Source of the DNA: an uncultured candidatus Porisulfidus sp.
GTDB taxonomy: Bacteria > Pseudomonadota > Gammaproteobacteria > Poriferisulfidales > Poriferisulfidaceae
Direction: 5' to 3'
Assembly (NCBI GenBank): GCA_965116025.1
Contig: OZ220480.1
Span: 1,632,001 to 1,696,000 of the forward strand
DNA length: 64,000 bases
Under the pieces are notes generated by a model. The model made no database searches, was not told the DNA's origin, and saw nothing but the letters and a program-made list of their open reading frames with translations. Below are positions 10,630 to 20,916 of the stretch, piece after piece (the first letter of the stretch is position 1; every line of letters begins with the position of its first letter). A program made the translations under genes and the position numbers.

Positions 10630-13422
10630 TCAGACCATATCTTTGCGGCAAATTCCTTGAGCGGAACAGAGGCCGCAAACCGCCTCGCTTCCATTGGCAG
10701 GCATTCCGCGCTTATTTCTCAGATCCCGAAACGTTTCGCGCAGCCTGGAGTCAACCTTTTCACTGAGATACGAGAGTTCTTCGCCTTCTAGAGACGTCAA
10801 TGGAATCCCGTTCCGGGAATCTTGGCCCACCCACCAGTATTCCACTCGCTCGACGGGATTCGCCACCAACGCGTAGCTGGGCAGCTGAACTTGCTCCCCG
10901 GTTCGCACGTCGTTTATGAGTACCTTTTTGGACCCGGTTTTGTAGTCGATCACGATCCGGCCTCCACGCGCGTCTTGGTCTAAGCGGTCCACGCGTCCAA
11001 CTATGGTCAGGTTCTCGCTGACCTTGCGTTCAAGCGTTCGCTCGCTCTCTACAGGAGTTTGCTGACGCTCCACGGTTTTCTGAAGCTGAACATAGCGTCG
11101 AGCGATCGCTCTCCATCGCTCCATAAACACGATGTTGGACGCGTTCGGCGCGAGCTTTGCCATAACGTGGTCGCCAATGTTCAGAAGCGTTTCGAGCGCG
11201 TCGTCCTCACGCCCTTCGATTTGGTCCTTCCAAGGTCCGGGAACGCCAGGAACGCCGGCGTGGAAGGCCTCGAGACATCGGTGCACGTATTCCCCGAACT
11301 CCAGATTGTCCATTTCCTCCCGGATCATCTCCATCTCCCGGATGCCGAGCATGTAGCGAACGTAGAACTTATAGGGGCAATCGATCAGCGCTTGGTGTCC
11401 GCTGGCCGAAATTCGATCCGGCAACAACTCCGGAAGGGCGGCAGGGCTGGGCGGGAAGCTCTCGTAAGGCTGGCGAATCCGAGGGCCAGGAGGCCGCACT
11501 TGGGCATCCGGATGCAGGCTGAGCGCGGACAGAGAGGGCTCCTTGAGGGAAGTTCCGTAAATCAGGCGATGAAACACGTTAATTTGGGTCCACCAGACGC
11601 TGGGCAGGAGCGGCTCGTCCCGGTCTATTTTCTGGTAGGTCAGGAGAACCTGATCAGAGGACACGATCAGGGACAGAAACCTCTGCAGGTCAAGTTTGCG
11701 CGAATCGGCGCTGGTCGGCAGTCCTAAGTCGCCGCGCACCGAGTCGTTGAACACGAGAGAATGAAAATTGATCCCCGGATAGTGCCGAGAATCCATTCCC
11801 GCGACGATTAGTCGATCAAACCGAGCTAGGTGAGCCTGATTCAGGTTGATTAGGGAAACCGCGCTTCGGGGAGCTTTCCCCCGGTAGTTCTCTCGCTCCC
11901 ATGCTCGACGCAGCAAGGAGCGCCATTGCGATTTCTGCAGGCGAGCGTCATTTTGTTCCAACTGGAGGCGTAGGCTCTCCAGTTCCGACAGCGCTTTTTT
12001 TCCCGCTTCATCTCGGGACAGGCAGGACAGACAGCCTAGTAATTCGAGACTTTCCAGCAATGCCTCCATATATTCGCTTCCACTCGGGATATCCGAAAGC
12101 TCCAGCAGGGGAGCCGCGGCTTTTTCCGCATGATCTAGAAAACTGATCCATTCCGAATTTCCGCTAGCGACTTCCCGATAGTTGCGCAAGCCGCTGTGGA
12201 TGTTGTGGAAATGCAACGCTCGCTCGAATTCTCCGACCTGATCCAGGATCTCCGGATGCCCGGGCAGGCGCGTGAACGGAGATTTCAGCACGTCGAGAAA
12301 CGGCAGATAATGAAATTCTTGATCCAAGCACTCGATCCAGCGCTCGATCGCGCTGGCGGCGCTGGTGGTGGACAAGGCCCAGCCCGCATGGTCTTGGACC
12401 GAGACGGAAGCTCGGTTCAGCAAGGCGCAGACCCGGCGCGCTAATTTTCGGTCTTCAGTGACCAATCCAATGTTCCGATACCCCTGATTCAGCCAACGCC
12501 GGATCTGGATATCGATTCCCCGGGCATGGGGCTCCGCCTGGTCCGCGACGAAGCTGAAAATTCGGCCCGTCAAGGGATCCTCGGGGAACTCCTCTCGACA
12601 AGCCCGCGCGCGCTCCGCCACGTCTGCCCGGTCGAGCGCGAAGGCTTCCTGCAGGACGGAAGCGTGTGGAGGCGGGGGAGTGTCAACGTGGGAAGATTCC
12701 GAGTCCAGAGGAATCGCGGCTTGCGGTCGAGCCAGAACGTGGACCGGGACGCTTTCGCTCATACGTCGCAACGCCTCGATTTCGGCCAGAGCGAGGCGAT
12801 CATATCCGCATGCGTAGATGGCTTTCACGTTCGGGGGGACGCGAAGGTTCCGCAACGCCTCGCGGTAGTATTTTCCGGAGCTGAGGATTTTGCGCGAACT
12901 CTCGTTCCAAGCAGTCCAAAGCAGATGCACGATATGGGCCTCTTCGCCCAGCTGTTCGGGAGTCTTTCCCGCGATGCGGTACGCTTCTCGCAGTTGGGAA
13001 GTTAGTTCTTCCTTGTCCGTCGGTAGCGATGCCTCGTTAAGCCAGAGTTGATCGAACAGTTCCATCATCTCTTCCGCCACGGACCAAGAATCCGTCTGGA
13101 TCAAGGTGCGTAGGGTTTGGTTTTGATGAAGGACGTCAACTAGATCCAGAAGTTCGGACAGATGATTCTCGATTCCGTCGAACTGGCTGTTTTGGCATGC
13201 CCATGCTTTAAAGGGGAGAATGGGGGGGAGCAGCAATCCTTGATGCCCCTGTCGCTTGGCGTGTCGCAATAACTCCGAACGCAAGACCCGCACCGACGTG
13301 GCGTTCGGGGTCAAGACCACTAGGTCGGTCAGGTCCGGGAGGCCCTCCGCGTGACGTTCTAGGATGGTTTCGGCGCAATGGCTGCCGAGTGGAACGTGCG
13401 AGGGGCAGGAGACTCGTTTCAT
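10630..13422 (-). CDS. addB: AddB/RexB-like protein: inactive helicase region plus C-terminal PD-(D/E)XK nuclease with Fe-S cysteines
   Basis: DRKLARRV, DCPY, GRVDRLD, IDYKTG and CGLCSAQGIC motifs. Confidence 0.8.
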   Translation of the reverse strand: MKRVSCPSHVPLGSHCAETILERHAEGLPDLTDLVVLTPNATSVRVLRSELLRHAKRQGHQGLLLPPILPFKAWACQNSQFDGIENHLSELLDLVDVLHQNQTLRTLIQTDSWSVAEEMMELFDQLWLNEASLPTDKEELTSQLREAYRIAGKTPEQLGEEAHIVHLLWTAWNESSRKILSSGKYYREALRNLRVPPNVKAIYACGYDRLALAEIEALRRMSESVPVHVLARPQAAIPLDSESSHVDTPPPPHASVLQEAFALDRADVAERARACREEFPEDPLTGRIFSFVADQAEPHARGIDIQIRRWLNQGYRNIGLVTEDRKLARRVCALLNRASVSVQDHAGWALSTTSAASAIERWIECLDQEFHYLPFLDVLKSPFTRLPGHPEILDQVGEFERALHFHNIHSGLRNYREVASGNSEWISFLDHAEKAAAPLLELSDIPSGSEYMEALLESLELLGCLSCLSRDEAGKKALSELESLRLQLEQNDARLQKSQWRSLLRRAWERENYRGKAPRSAVSLINLNQAHLARFDRLIVAGMDSRHYPGINFHSLVFNDSVRGDLGLPTSADSRKLDLQRFLSLIVSSDQVLLTYQKIDRDEPLLPSVWWTQINVFHRLIYGTSLKEPSLSALSLHPDAQVRPPGPRIRQPYESFPPSPAALPELLPDRISASGHQALIDCPYKFYVRYMLGIREMEMIREEMDNLEFGEYVHRCLEAFHAGVPGVPGPWKDQIEGREDDALETLLNIGDHVMAKLAPNASNIVFMERWRAIARRYVQLQKTVERQQTPVESERTLERKVSENLTIVGRVDRLDQDARGGRIVIDYKTGSKKVLINDVRTGEQVQLPSYALVANPVERVEYWWVGQDSRNGIPLTSLEGEELSYLSEKVDSRLRETFRDLRNKRGMPANGSEAVCGLCSAQGICRKDMV

Positions 13423-13746
13423 TCAGGTTTCGAGCAACGCTTTCTTTCCAGGCTTGCCGCGCCACTCGTCCGCATCGGGCGGGGGAGATTTCTGACGGCT
13501 GATCTCCGGCCATTCGCCCGCCAAGTCGGCGTTAATCTGGATGAACTCTCGCTGCTCTTCGGGAACGTCCTTTTCCGGCACGATGGCGTTGATCGGACAC
13601 TCTGGAACGCACAAGGCGCAGTCAATGCATTCTTCTGGATCGATCACCAAGATGTTCGGGCCTTCATGGAAGCACTCGACCGGGCAGACTTCCACGCAGT
13701 CGGTGTATTTGCACTTGATGCAGTCTTCCAGGACGACGAAAGTCAT
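13423..13746 (-). CDS. fdxA: 7Fe ferredoxin
   Basis: [26 protein letters not shown]...[12 protein letters not shown], 107 aa. Confidence 0.95.
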   Translation of the reverse strand: MTFVVLEDCIKCKYTDCVEVCPVECFHEGPNILVIDPEECIDCALCVPECPINAIVPEKDVPEEQREFIQINADLAGEWPEISRQKSPPPDADEWRGKPGKKALLET

Positions 13747-13810
13747 GAGCGGATGTGGTTCTATATCTGCGAGCGACACATTTGCTAGCGCGTCTCGCCT
13801 TTCCTGTGGC

Positions 13811-14168
13811 TGGTGGAGGTGGCGGGAATCGAACCCGCGTCCGCCAGTTCCTCCTCTTCGGCCCTACATGCTTAGCACCGTCTTTCATCTCGCGATCAAC
13901 ACCCGACGGACAGGGCACGATGAACGCCAGCCTGCATGCTTGATTTAACCTTCCGGCTCCAGACAGACCGAATGGCGATCTTGTGTGATCGACATCCATA
14001 TCGGGATCCACAAGCATCTCCCGAAAGGATGACTAGTCGCGATTAAGCGGCCAGTGCGTAGTTGTCGTCGTTGGCAACTATATTTTTCGCAACCATTTTT
14101 TACGAGATCGTTGCCGCCTCGGCATGCGCCTCGGATTTGGTAACCGCCGTCGAAGCCAAGTCACCCCC
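13811..14168 (-). ncRNA. ssrA: tmRNA; tag peptide (A)ANDDNYALAA* at 14075..14043
   Basis: 5' GGGGGUG pairs with 3' CACCUCC-ACCA, giving a G3:U70 Ala identity pair; T-loop GGTTCGATTCC; tag frame GCC AAC GAC GAC AAC TAC GCA CTG GCC GCT TAA. Confidence 0.97.
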
Positions 14169-14183
14169 AAGTCGTTCCCGCCT

Positions 14184-14189
14184 ATTATA
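14184..14189 (-). promoter_or_regulatory. Candidate -10 box of the ssrA promoter
   Basis: TATAAT on the minus strand ~15 nt upstream of the mature tmRNA 5' end; no clear -35. Confidence 0.45.
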
Positions 14190-14291
14190 CGCGATAGTGG
14201 AAAAGTCCCGATCTTCCCAAATGCCCGGATTTCTGGGATTCATGCTCCTCCGCGCTCAAGCGGTCAATCGTGCGCTGACGGAACGACTCCA

Positions 14292-14426
14292 TCATTCCAA
14301 GACAAATCGGTCGCGTTCTTGTTGTAGTCGTCGATCCACCAACCAAAACGCTAGACAAAAATTGAATTCGTAACGGGTGCTTCGCGCATGGATGAAAACA
14401 CTGACATCATGAAGACTGCGAGTCAC
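14292..14426 (-). pseudogene. Degenerate, truncated DUF4411 (PIN-like) gene
   Basis: GTG overlaps the upstream stop (GTGA). It encodes MTRSLHDVSVFIHARSTRYEFNFCLAFW..., resembling the DUF4411 N-terminus as I recall it (YLLDANVFIQAKNxYYGFDFCPAFW), and stops after 44 aa. Confidence 0.7.
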
Positions 14427-15601
14427 CAGATCGCCCCAGTCTCGTGGCCAAGCTTGTTAAACGTCTCGGCCCTCGATATGCCGAGCATCCGGTACGCATC
14501 TCTATAGAGCGTTCTCCCTTCCAGCGTATCCACAATAATTGCTTGCGCGAAGCGATACCCTACGCGGGAGAGCGTCGCGCGATAAAAGTTCTCACCGGCT
14601 CCGCCTTTCCGTGCGAGTGGGTCTAGCCTCGCCTTCTCTCTCTCCCATTCGGAATCGAATCTCTCGCGGTCGAACCACTCCGCGTCAAGCAAGCGCCGAA
14701 GAATCACCAGAGAACTTACTTTGAAAACGTGCGTTAGGCGGTCCAAGGTTTGGCGTAGAGTTTCGGTATTCAGCAGTTCGCGTCGCAATACGGCGAGCGG
14801 GACCAGCAACTCGGCCGCTACGGCGCTGCACCAAACTTCTTCGCGTTGGGTTCCCGCCCGCGGCGCAATCTCTCCATGCGAGAGCGCGGACCTGCCAAGC
14901 CAGAGATGCGCGAGCTCGTGGGCCAAGGTGAACATTAGCACTGCCTTGGTGTCCGCTCCGTTGATGAAAATCAAGGGAGCGATAGGGTCGCAGAGCGTGA
15001 AACCTTGGAATTCTTCAGGGTCAAGGCGTCGGTGGGTGTTGCTCGCCACGATCCCATTCACCATGACGAGGATTCCCGCGGCTTCAGTTTGACGAATAAA
15101 AAGACGTAGAGCATCGGTCCATGTTGGACACTCTCTACGGGTGCTTAAGCCAAAGCCCAACGTTTCGCGCATTCGCGCCGCGACGGATTCTGGAGACGTA
15201 TTGATGGTGGTGCTACCGATGAATTCGATCTTCGTTCGTCGCTCGACACGAGCGAAATCACGATACCAGCTCTGCCGCTCTTGGCAGGCATAAATCGTAT
15301 CCAGAAGGTTTGGGCTTGGTCGTCCTTCGCGTCGCCCGGCAGTAGCGCGAAAGTCTGGGATGGGCACCGATTCCTCTGGCGGTTTGATCAGAAACAGATA
15401 ACCGACTGGCGCGTGAACGAAGCGTGCGAACGCCTCCACTTGTCTCAACGTGGGTTTCTTTTCACCAGTCTCCCAATCCGGTAGATTCTTGAATCGTGAA
15501 GCGATATCTTCTTGCGTATATCCAGCGCGTTCTCGGGCCCAGCGAATCAACGCGGGCTTGATGATCTCGCATCTCATTTCACGCGCGCTTTCCAAGCTCA
15601 T
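14423..15601 (-). CDS. XRE-type HTH + ImmA/IrrE (M78) metallopeptidase
   Basis: N-terminal LIRWARERAG...WETGEKKPTLRQ HTH; FTLAHELAHLWLG HExxH motif; downstream E in EVWC. Confidence 0.9.
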   Translation of the reverse strand: MSLESAREMRCEIIKPALIRWARERAGYTQEDIASRFKNLPDWETGEKKPTLRQVEAFARFVHAPVGYLFLIKPPEESVPIPDFRATAGRREGRPSPNLLDTIYACQERQSWYRDFARVERRTKIEFIGSTTINTSPESVAARMRETLGFGLSTRRECPTWTDALRLFIRQTEAAGILVMVNGIVASNTHRRLDPEEFQGFTLCDPIAPLIFINGADTKAVLMFTLAHELAHLWLGRSALSHGEIAPRAGTQREEVWCSAVAAELLVPLAVLRRELLNTETLRQTLDRLTHVFKVSSLVILRRLLDAEWFDRERFDSEWEREKARLDPLARKGGAGENFYRATLSRVGYRFAQAIIVDTLEGRTLYRDAYRMLGISRAETFNKLGHETGAIW

Positions 15602-15866
15602 TGGAAGGGAAAATTTTGATTATGGCGTTCGCCTATTATCGCGGCATGATCTTCGTGCAGGATACCATAGCCCGATGGTCAGAAAGCGCGCTTGAGTGAT
15701 TTTCGGATCACTAAATCTGAGCTAGACCATGATCCCGGTACAATGATCGACCAATCTTCTTCGCCATCATCACGCCAAACGGCCATCTTCAGACTCATTC
15801 CGTTACCTGGAATAGACCTTACCAGTTTCTACTTCCTGTCAGCACGATCTTTCTGCCAGTATATCC

Positions 15867-18800
15867 GTGCCTATTCGTTCTCATTCTGGCGGCCAGGCCC
15901 TGACCGCTCATTCTCTCCGTAAACTCAATGCGCGGCTCCAAGCCCATGGCGGAGGGCAGGTGATGGGGGCGCGTTTTCTGCATTTCGCGGACTGCGAGCG
16001 CGTCCTGAGTCCTAAGGAAGAGAAAACCTTCACGAAGTTGCTGGATTACGCTCCTCCCGTGGAGGATTATCCGGGTTCTAGTTCGCTCATCCTTGTGGTC
16101 CCCCGGCTCGGCACGATATCCCCGTGGTCCAGCAAGGCCACCGAAATTATCCAGAATTGCGGACTTTCCGCTATCCGGCGGGTGGAAAGGGGAATCGAGT
16201 ATCGCTTGGATAGCGTTGATCGCGTCTCGCGGGAGCAAGTCGACTTGTTGCATGACCGGATGACTGAATCCATCTTGGCCGACCTGAATCGCATCGACAA
16301 AATCTTCGCGCGTTCGGAGCCAGCCCAGCTCGAGCGGATTTCTCTGAACCCGAATCCTGTCGAGGCCCTGCGCGAGGCGAACCGGACGTATGGCTTGGCC
16401 CTTTCCGATGCCGATATGGAGCACTTGATCCAGGCATATCGAGATCTTGGCCGTGATCCGACGGATGCCGAATTAATGATGTTCGCCCAAGTTAACTCGG
16501 AGCATTGCCGGCACAAGATTTTCAACGCGCGCTGGAGAATTGACGGAAAACCCATGAAACGTAGCCTGTTCGAGATGATCCAGAACACCCACGAGACATC
16601 TCCGAACGGAACTCTGTCCGCCTATCTCGACAACGCCGCGGTGTTGGAGGGAGGCCGCGCTCGGCGAATGTCGATCGATCCGAAAACTGGTTTATGGAGG
16701 GATATGGAGGGGGAATACGGGATCGTGATCAAGGTGGAGACCCATAACCATCCGACGGGCATCTCCCCGTTTCCCGGAGCGGCGACCGGGAGCGGTGGGG
16801 AAATCCGCGACGAAACCGCCTGTGGGCGAGGAGGGCGGCCGAAGGCTGGCCTGTGCGGATTCACCGTGTCGAATCTCGACATCGATTCATGGATACGACC
16901 TTGGGAGAACCCTTCTCGGGACCGCCCGTCTCGCATGGCGACTCCACTGGATATCATGATTGAGGGGCCGGTCGGCGCGGCCTCTTTCAACAATGAGTTC
17001 GGCCGTCCGTGCCTAGCCGGATATTTTCGCACCCTGGAGGGTGAGGAGCGCACGCCTTCCGGCATTCGGGGATTCGGCTATCACAAGCCGATCATGATCG
17101 CGGGAGGAATTGGCAGCATTCACCTGGATCATGTTCAAAAACAAGGAATTCCAGAGGGAACCCCGCTTGTGGTGCTGGGAGGGCCAGCCATGCTGATTGG
17201 TTTGGGAGGTGGAGCCGCGTCGTCGCGGCATACGGGAGCGGGAGACGAGCGTTTGGACTACGCCTCGGTGCAGCGTAGCAATCCGGAGATGCAGCGGCGC
17301 GCTCAGGAAGTTATCGAGCGTTGCGTCGCGCGGGACAAGGACAATCCGATTTTGTCAGTGCACGACGTTGGGGCGGGCGGGCTTTCCAATGCCATTCCGG
17401 AGTTGATTCAGGGAGAGCCGGGGGGTGCGGAACTGGACCTCCGCGAAATTCCTTGCGCGGACGATGGGATGTCGCCGCGAGAGATCTGGTGCAACGAATC
17501 GCAGGAACGCTATGTGCTGGCGATTCGAGGCGAGGATCTCGATTGGTTCACCGAGATATGCCAGAAGGAGCGATGTCCGTTCGCGGTCATTGGGAAGTCG
17601 ACAGCGAGCGGAAGACTGCGCTTGGACGATTCGCGTTTTGGAGAGGCTGCCGCTGACGTGCCGCTGGTGTTGCTGTTCGGCGAGTCTTCCAAGATGGACA
17701 TCGCCGTCTCGTCAGTGGAGTGGTCGGATGCGCCGCTCGATATGAGCGGAATCGATCTTCTCGAAGCGGCTGAGCGAGTTTTGACGCTGCCTTGCGTAGC
17801 CTCGAAATCCTTTCTGGTCACGATTGGGGACCGCTCGGTCGGCGGTCTTACGGCTCGTGATCAGATGGTTGGACCATGGCAGGTTCCGGTCGCGGATGCG
17901 GCGGTGACGACCCGAGATTTCGAGGGAACGGCGGGCGAGGCCATGGCGATGGGAGAACGGCCGGCTTTGGCGATCCACCGTCCCGCGGCATCCGCGCGCA
18001 TGGCGGTCGCGGAAGCCTTGACCAATTTGGCGAGCGTGAGGGTGCGCGATCGTGCGCGAATTCGTTTGTCCGCCAATTGGATGGCCGCTAGCTCTGAGCC
18101 AGAATCCTTGTTTGGCCTCCACGAGGCGGTAAAGGCGGTCGGGTTGGAATTTTGTCCGAAACTCGGCGTGGCGATACCCGTAGGAAAGGATTCGTTATCC
18201 ATGCAGGCGGCTTGGGGGGCTCGGCGGGTCACCTCGCCTGTGTCTTTGATCGCCTCGGCGTTCGCGCCGGTTGAGGACGTGCGGCGCCATGTCACGCCGC
18301 TATTGCGGGACGATCCCGAAACGAGCCTGCTTCTAGCGAGTCTGGACGCTAATCGGCGTTTGGGCGGATCGGCGTTAGCGCAAGTTTATGGGAGGACCGG
18401 GTCTGACGCTCCGGATGTGGAGGATCCCGCCCGCTTGGCGGCTTTTTTCGATTTGATCCAGGCTTTGCTGGACGAGGAGGATATTCTGGCGTATCACGAC
18501 CGTTCCGACGGAGGGCTGTTCGCTTGCCTGTGCGAAAGCGCTTTCGCGGGCCAGGTGGGATTGGATATCGATCTTTCCGTCTTGGAAGAGGATCTTTTGT
18601 CGTATCTGTTCAATGAGGAGATTGGAGCCGTGTTGCAAGTTCGGGCTGGGCGGGTGGACGAAATCACCCATCGATTCAGGAAGGCCGGCCTGCATTGCGA
18701 ATTGATCGGAGGCGTCCTTCAGAAGTCGTTGTTCCAGCTTCGTCGACGGGGAAAGATGAAAGCGATCTGGTCTTTGCCCGAAATGCGGAAGTTATGGAGT

Positions 18801-19727
18801 CGCGTCGGCTATGAGATCGCCCGGCGCAGGGATAATGAGGATTGCGCCAGAAGTGAATATGAAAGCGCGGGCCTTTGGGGACCGCCGCCGCTTTTCTCGG
18901 AGCTATCCTTCGAGATAGAGGACAATCCGGCGGCGCCCTTTCTCCAGGTGGGCGAAGCCCCGGTGGTCGCGATTCTACGAGAGCAGGGAGTTAACGGACA
19001 TGTCGAGATGGCGGCCGCGTTCTCGCGAGCGGGATTTGTCTGCAGGGACGTGCGCATGAGCGATTTGCAGCGAGACCCGAGCCTTCTTGACGACGTGTCT
19101 GGATTGGCCGCTGGCGGCGGGTTTTCATATGGAGACGTTCTTGGGGCCGGGGGTGGGTGGGCGAAAAATATCCTGTACCACGAGGGCTTGCGAGAGGTTT
19201 TCAAGAAATTCTTCGAACGTCTGGATGTTTTCGCGTTGGGAGCCTGCAACGGTTGCCAGTTGCTTTCCCGGCTGAAGGATCTGATTCCCGGCGCCGAGCG
19301 CTGGCCGCGCTTCTTGCCAAACGTCAGCGAGCGATTCGAGGCTCGATTTTGCGAGGTCGAAATTCTCGAATCGCCCTCGATCTTCCTGCGCGGCATGGCT
19401 GGCAGCCGTCTTCCGATCGTGGTCGCGCATGGAGAGGGACGGGCCGAGCTCCGGCGTAACATGGAGGATCTGGAAGAATTCGCCTGCCTGCGCTATATCG
19501 ACGTGAGCGGGAACGCTACTGAGGAATATCCAGCCAATCCGAATGGCTCGCCAAACGGAATCACCGCGCTGACCAACGCGGATGGTCGCTTCACCATCAT
19601 GATGCCACATCCAGAACGCGCATTCCGCTCTCTGCAGTGCTCTTGGCATCCGCCGGAATGGGGAGAGGACTCCCCGTGGTCGCGTCTTTTCCAGAATGCG
19701 AGGGCCTGGGTCGGAGAGACGCGTTAA
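15867..19727 (+). CDS. purL: Phosphoribosylformylglycinamidine synthase (large single-chain form)
   Basis: NSEHCRHKIFN, KVETHNHPT, GGFSYGDVLGAG, GACNGCQ and MPHPER motifs. Confidence 0.98.
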   Translation: MPIRSHSGGQALTAHSLRKLNARLQAHGGGQVMGARFLHFADCERVLSPKEEKTFTKLLDYAPPVEDYPGSSSLILVVPRLGTISPWSSKATEIIQNCGLSAIRRVERGIEYRLDSVDRVSREQVDLLHDRMTESILADLNRIDKIFARSEPAQLERISLNPNPVEALREANRTYGLALSDADMEHLIQAYRDLGRDPTDAELMMFAQVNSEHCRHKIFNARWRIDGKPMKRSLFEMIQNTHETSPNGTLSAYLDNAAVLEGGRARRMSIDPKTGLWRDMEGEYGIVIKVETHNHPTGISPFPGAATGSGGEIRDETACGRGGRPKAGLCGFTVSNLDIDSWIRPWENPSRDRPSRMATPLDIMIEGPVGAASFNNEFGRPCLAGYFRTLEGEERTPSGIRGFGYHKPIMIAGGIGSIHLDHVQKQGIPEGTPLVVLGGPAMLIGLGGGAASSRHTGAGDERLDYASVQRSNPEMQRRAQEVIERCVARDKDNPILSVHDVGAGGLSNAIPELIQGEPGGAELDLREIPCADDGMSPREIWCNESQERYVLAIRGEDLDWFTEICQKERCPFAVIGKSTASGRLRLDDSRFGEAAADVPLVLLFGESSKMDIAVSSVEWSDAPLDMSGIDLLEAAERVLTLPCVASKSFLVTIGDRSVGGLTARDQMVGPWQVPVADAAVTTRDFEGTAGEAMAMGERPALAIHRPAASARMAVAEALTNLASVRVRDRARIRLSANWMAASSEPESLFGLHEAVKAVGLEFCPKLGVAIPVGKDSLSMQAAWGARRVTSPVSLIASAFAPVEDVRRHVTPLLRDDPETSLLLASLDANRRLGGSALAQVYGRTGSDAPDVEDPARLAAFFDLIQALLDEEDILAYHDRSDGGLFACLCESAFAGQVGLDIDLSVLEEDLLSYLFNEEIGAVLQVRAGRVDEITHRFRKAGLHCELIGGVLQKSLFQLRRRGKMKAIWSLPEMRKLWSRVGYEIARRRDNEDCARSEYESAGLWGPPPLFSELSFEIEDNPAAPFLQVGEAPVVAILREQGVNGHVEMAAAFSRAGFVCRDVRMSDLQRDPSLLDDVSGLAAGGGFSYGDVLGAGGGWAKNILYHEGLREVFKKFFERLDVFALGACNGCQLLSRLKDLIPGAERWPRFLPNVSERFEARFCEVEILESPSIFLRGMAGSRLPIVVAHGEGRAELRRNMEDLEEFACLRYIDVSGNATEEYPANPNGSPNGITALTNADGRFTIMMPHPERAFRSLQCSWHPPEWGEDSPWSRLFQNARAWVGETR

Positions 19728-19995
19728 CTCTCTTGTCTTGCGCTTTTTAGTACAATTAGCATGCAAGTTCCGGGCAAGCATTATGGTGAAGGCTTGTTGC
19801 CCATGGAGTACATGATGAAACCCTTGAACGAACGTCTCGTGCGAGGTTGGTTGGTTTGCCTCCGTGCACTGGCAGGACTCGTAACTTGTCTGCATCCCGA
19901 TTCCGATAATACAGGCGTAGCGTTTTTCTGCCGGATACTATCGTGCAGATGCGCCATGGGAATGACTGGCGAATGTCTCATCTATAGAGAGCCGG

Positions 19996-20916
19996 TTGCG
20001 TAACGTGGCCATACAAGCAGTTGCAACTAGTGATTTGCCGCTACCGCGCTCACGGCAGCGTCGCTGGGTCGTGTCCGCGGACTGCCGTGAGGTGATGTCG
20101 TCTATGAGGGAAAACAGTGTTTCCTTAATACTCACGGATCCACCTTATTTCATTGATGGGATGGATGATGGGTGGGACAATTCAGCCCTTGAAAGACGAT
20201 TGAGACCACATGGGGTGGTCGGCGCATTACCTATCGGGATGAAATTTGATGCGACGCAAGGGGAGAGGTTGCAGAAATTTCTTAAACCGATAGCGGAAGA
20301 ATGGATGCGGATCATTAAGCCCGGTGGATTTGTACTGTGCTTTTCTCAAAACAGACTGGCGCATCATACGGCTATGGCCATAGAGTTCGCTGGCTTTGAA
20401 ATTAGGGATATGCTCGCTTGGCGATACGAGGGGCAAGCGAAAGCGTTTTCGCAAGATCATTTCGTCCGCAAGCGAGATATTTCAGAAAAGGAAAAGGAGC
20501 GTCTTTTACAAAAGCTAGGTGGTCGGAAAACGCCACAATTAAAACCGCAATGTGAATTGATCGTCTTGGGGCAGGCTCCGCGCGAGGGGACTTTTGTTGA
20601 TAACTGGGACAAATGGGAGACAGGCTTGATTGACCCGCGTAATCCATTTCTAGAGGCAGGCAAATTCCCCGGCACTGTTGTTCCTGCGCCGAAACCGCGT
20701 GAGCGGCATGGACACATGACCGCGAAGCCAGTTGATTTGTTGCGCCACTTTATAAGAATTTTTTCCGCGGACACCGGGGTCGTTTTTGATCCATTCGCCG
20801 GATCTGGTTCAACTGGTGTAGCGGCACGCATGGAAGGGAGAAAATTTACAGGTGTGGAAATTGATAAGGCTATGGCGATCAATGCGGAACGGCGCATTGA
20901 GGCTATGGCCATATGA
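19996..20916 (+). CDS. Site-specific DNA methyltransferase, beta class (N6A/N4C)
   Basis: TDPPY (motif IV) N-terminal; H-x-TAKP and FDPFAGSGST (motif I) C-terminal. Start codon uncertain. Confidence 0.9.
   Translation: MRNVAIQAVATSDLPLPRSRQRRWVVSADCREVMSSMRENSVSLILTDPPYFIDGMDDGWDNSALERRLRPHGVVGALPIGMKFDATQGERLQKFLKPIAEEWMRIIKPGGFVLCFSQNRLAHHTAMAIEFAGFEIRDMLAWRYEGQAKAFSQDHFVRKRDISEKEKERLLQKLGGRKTPQLKPQCELIVLGQAPREGTFVDNWDKWETGLIDPRNPFLEAGKFPGTVVPAPKPRERHGHMTAKPVDLLRHFIRIFSADTGVVFDPFAGSGSTGVAARMEGRKFTGVEIDKAMAINAERRIEAMAI

Noticed and set aside
13811-13845. tRNA-like 3' end (T arm plus CCA)
   Set aside because: It is the tRNA-like domain of tmRNA, not a separate tRNA gene.
19761-20003. 80-aa ORF upstream of the type II MTase as a possible controller (C) protein
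   Set aside because: No HTH signature or C-box inverted repeats recognised.
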